From NCBI GenBank assembly GCA_040285855.1, contig JAUFOQ010000006.1, positions 62,001 through 126,000 on the forward strand: a stretch of 64,000 nt of DNA, read 5' to 3'. Shown here piece after piece: positions 61,717 through 64,000 of the stretch. The notes under the pieces were generated by a model. That model did not search any database. It saw only the letters and a program-made list of their open reading frames with translations, and was not told the DNA's origin. Position numbers and translations under genes: made by a program. This stretch comes from Eukaryota sp. GEM-RC1 (lineage: Eukaryota). Positions within the stretch are counted from its first letter, which is position 1. Each line of letters starts with the position of its first letter.

Positions 61717-62527
61717 AAAACTGTTGTTACTGTAGTGCAAACTTGAAGAAAAATCATCTTAATTCACTTGAACACAACAAAACTTGTTTGTTTTTTCATA
61801 CATTGCCAATACCAAATTTTTGCGAGAAAAGATGACTTTTTCCATCATTTTTTGGAATTCAAATGCTGACAACACTGTGCTAAGAGCAGTTAACTTGAGT
61901 TTCTAAACAAAGGATGCTCTTTGTTTGATCTCTGGTTTTGATCAAATTGTTAATAAAAGAATGTAATGCGAACTACAAGAATGAATGCAATTAATGATAC
62001 AATTAATGAATCCCAAAAGCACTTTCTGCTCGTAGTAGTTTCATTAAAGGAACACTATCTGCAATTTTTCGGAAATGAATGTTGTCTTATTGATATTGCG
62101 TTTAAGTTTTTGTTATTAAATAATTGAATCTGTCCAATTCATCACATATTGTCGTGTCGGATGTGAGTTTTTTTACATAAAACTCAAGGGCTCAATTTTC
62201 TTCATAAATAAACTATCTCATTGAAACTCATGAATTAAGAACAAATGAAATGTTGTTTGTTAAGGTCTGATCGTACATTATATATGAAACCAAACGTATG
62301 CCAATATCTTTCAAAACATTGTTGAAAATCACGCGGCCACTAAAGATAACATCAACACGTAGCAGTAGTCTTCAAGTTCCTGAAGATTTCATTAACATTT
62401 TGGTTCAGAAACACTGTCAGTACATGTAGACATATATTGAAAAATTGTTGAATCCGGGTCACAATATTTATTGAAAATGTGTTGAAATGTATTGCGCCTA
62501 TCAATGAAATTTTTATACAGTATGTAA

Positions 62528-63085
62528 CTAATCTGATACTGTTTTCTCAGTATTAATTATAATTTTGGATAAATATGCCCCAAGTCTCTTATAACCTTCT
62601 CCATCTAAATGAAATCCATCCACTAGATCACCTGAAATTTCTTCAAACCAAGTAACAAATTGACAATTGCGACGTCGTGAACATAATGTTTGGTATTTCT
62701 CATTCACTTCCTCGGTAAACGACGGAACACCACTATAGCGGATAGGAGGAAGCTCCAGGATCAGTAACTTAGAACTACTGGGTATCATGGCAAAGATTTT
62801 ATCCATCAAGTAACTGAATCTCGTGACAACGTCATCAATAGATGAGTTCTGAGCGATATCGTTAGTTCCACCCATTAGAATGACAATCTCAGCTTCTTTG
62901 AAAATGTTTTCGACGACCATGGAAGAAATCTGGGAAATTGTATAACCGGAGACTGCTAAGATCAAAACAGACGCGTTGTAAGAATCGGGAAGCACAATAG
63001 AAGAGCCATACGGTGTGTCCATATCATCTCGACCAGGAAAAGTGTAACCAGAAGTCAAAGAATCTCCCAAAGTAATGACTAACAT
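62528..63085 (-). CDS. SGNH/GDSL hydrolase
   Basis: TLGDSLTSG, AVSGYT, MGGTNDI, DGFHL blocks. Confidence 0.9.
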   Translation of the reverse strand: MLVITLGDSLTSGYTFPGRDDMDTPYGSSIVLPDSYNASVLILAVSGYTISQISSMVVENIFKEAEIVILMGGTNDIAQNSSIDDVVTRFSYLMDKIFAMIPSSSKLLILELPPIRYSGVPSFTEEVNEKYQTLCSRRRNCQFVTWFEEISGDLVDGFHLDGEGYKRLGAYLSKIIINTEKTVSD

Positions 63086-63257
63086 GTTGAGAGAGACGAA
63101 CAAGGTGGGAAAATTGGACCAAATTTAAATTGACTCTTGGATTTGAAATGGAAGTTCTTTATTTCAATAATATTTAAAATACTTAAAACGCCAACAGACA
63201 AAGGATGAAAAAACACAATGCAAATATTAATAAAAAATGCAAAAAATGCTTAAAAAA

Positions 63258-64000
63258 CTAGCTAAACACAGAATTCAAATTACAAATCACATCTTCACCT
63301 TCACTAATACAATTCGTCATCATCTCAATCAATTTTGATTGCCGTTTATACAACGACGCTGGACTCGGCTGAGGTAACACAATAGCCCTAACATTACTCA
63401 AATATTGATCCGCATCATTCAAAAACCCTTGTACTTCAACCAGCAACTCAGAAAGTTTACCTTTAATCTCTACTAGAAAACTCTCTCCAGAAGGAACCAA
63501 GGAGCCAGATCCTAAAGAGAATAAACAAGAAGCTAACTGTTTAACGGATTCAATCTGAGTGTTAACCCACTTTAAATAGTCCTGCCATTTGGAACTAAAG
63601 CTAGTAAAGGCAGGTTCAATTTCTGAAAGTCGAGATTCAGCCAGGGAAGTTCTAGACGCCACGTTTTCATGTGATTTGATTAGACTATCAACTGACGTTA
63701 GGGTGGTTAACATGCGTTGAGAGAACTCGTGAAAACAGTGGTAGAAGATACATTTGGAAGAGAAAACGTCTACATTGGATTGAGATCGTTGACAGTTACT
63801 TTCAGCAGATGCTAAGAGAAGGTCTTTTTGATACTTTCTTGATTTTTCGTCTCAGAAACCGATTTAATTTTTAAATTTATGGAATATTCCGCTGCTTCGA
63901 CATCTTCGAGTTCCCGCGTTAAAGCAGCAATCTTCGTTTTAATCGAATCCTTTTGTGTAATCAAAGTATCACGGTGACGTGTAAGGTCAATAATCTGGGA
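63258..64000 (-). CDS. Coiled-coil-like hypothetical protein, 5' end outside the window
   Basis: 151-aa ORF with further helical coding-like sequence up to the window edge. Confidence 0.5.

Overview
AT-rich, gene-dense eukaryotic (protist-like) chromosomal DNA. It has ~30-nt GT-AG introns and many single-base deletions in homopolymer runs, most likely long-read assembly errors, which split real genes into several ORFs. Bases 1-35 kb and 61.3-64 kb hold host genes: a large secreted/surface protein, VPS39-like, MCM7, PAQR/HlyIII, Hsp20, SIZ/PIAS, tRNA-Val(CAC), a truncated Tudor-SN, an EEP nuclease, UFL1, LRR proteins, PPAT, PIMT and an SGNH hydrolase. That region also has two small non-autonomous TIR transposons and a non-LTR fragment; a third small TIR element sits inside the large insertion. 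The main result is a ~26.3-kb insertion (35092-61348) without terminal inverted repeats. It is bounded by a TATG direct repeat and splits an LRR gene whose two halves rejoin in frame. From left to right it carries: a 15-bp terminal repeat array; a PIF1 helicase; a patchwork of short fragments copied from its own genes and from host genes; a USP deubiquitinase; a tandem-repeat/2A/DEAH-helicase polyprotein; a Ulp1-like protease; and a ~1860-aa tandem-repeat/2A/Ulp1/PolB-exo-like/Fanzor1 polyprotein. The Fanzor stop codon is followed by a 126-nt candidate omega-RNA scaffold that runs into the host flank, so the predicted guide would target the empty LRR allele. I could not recognise a transposase. 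All protein calls come from motif reading, not database searches.
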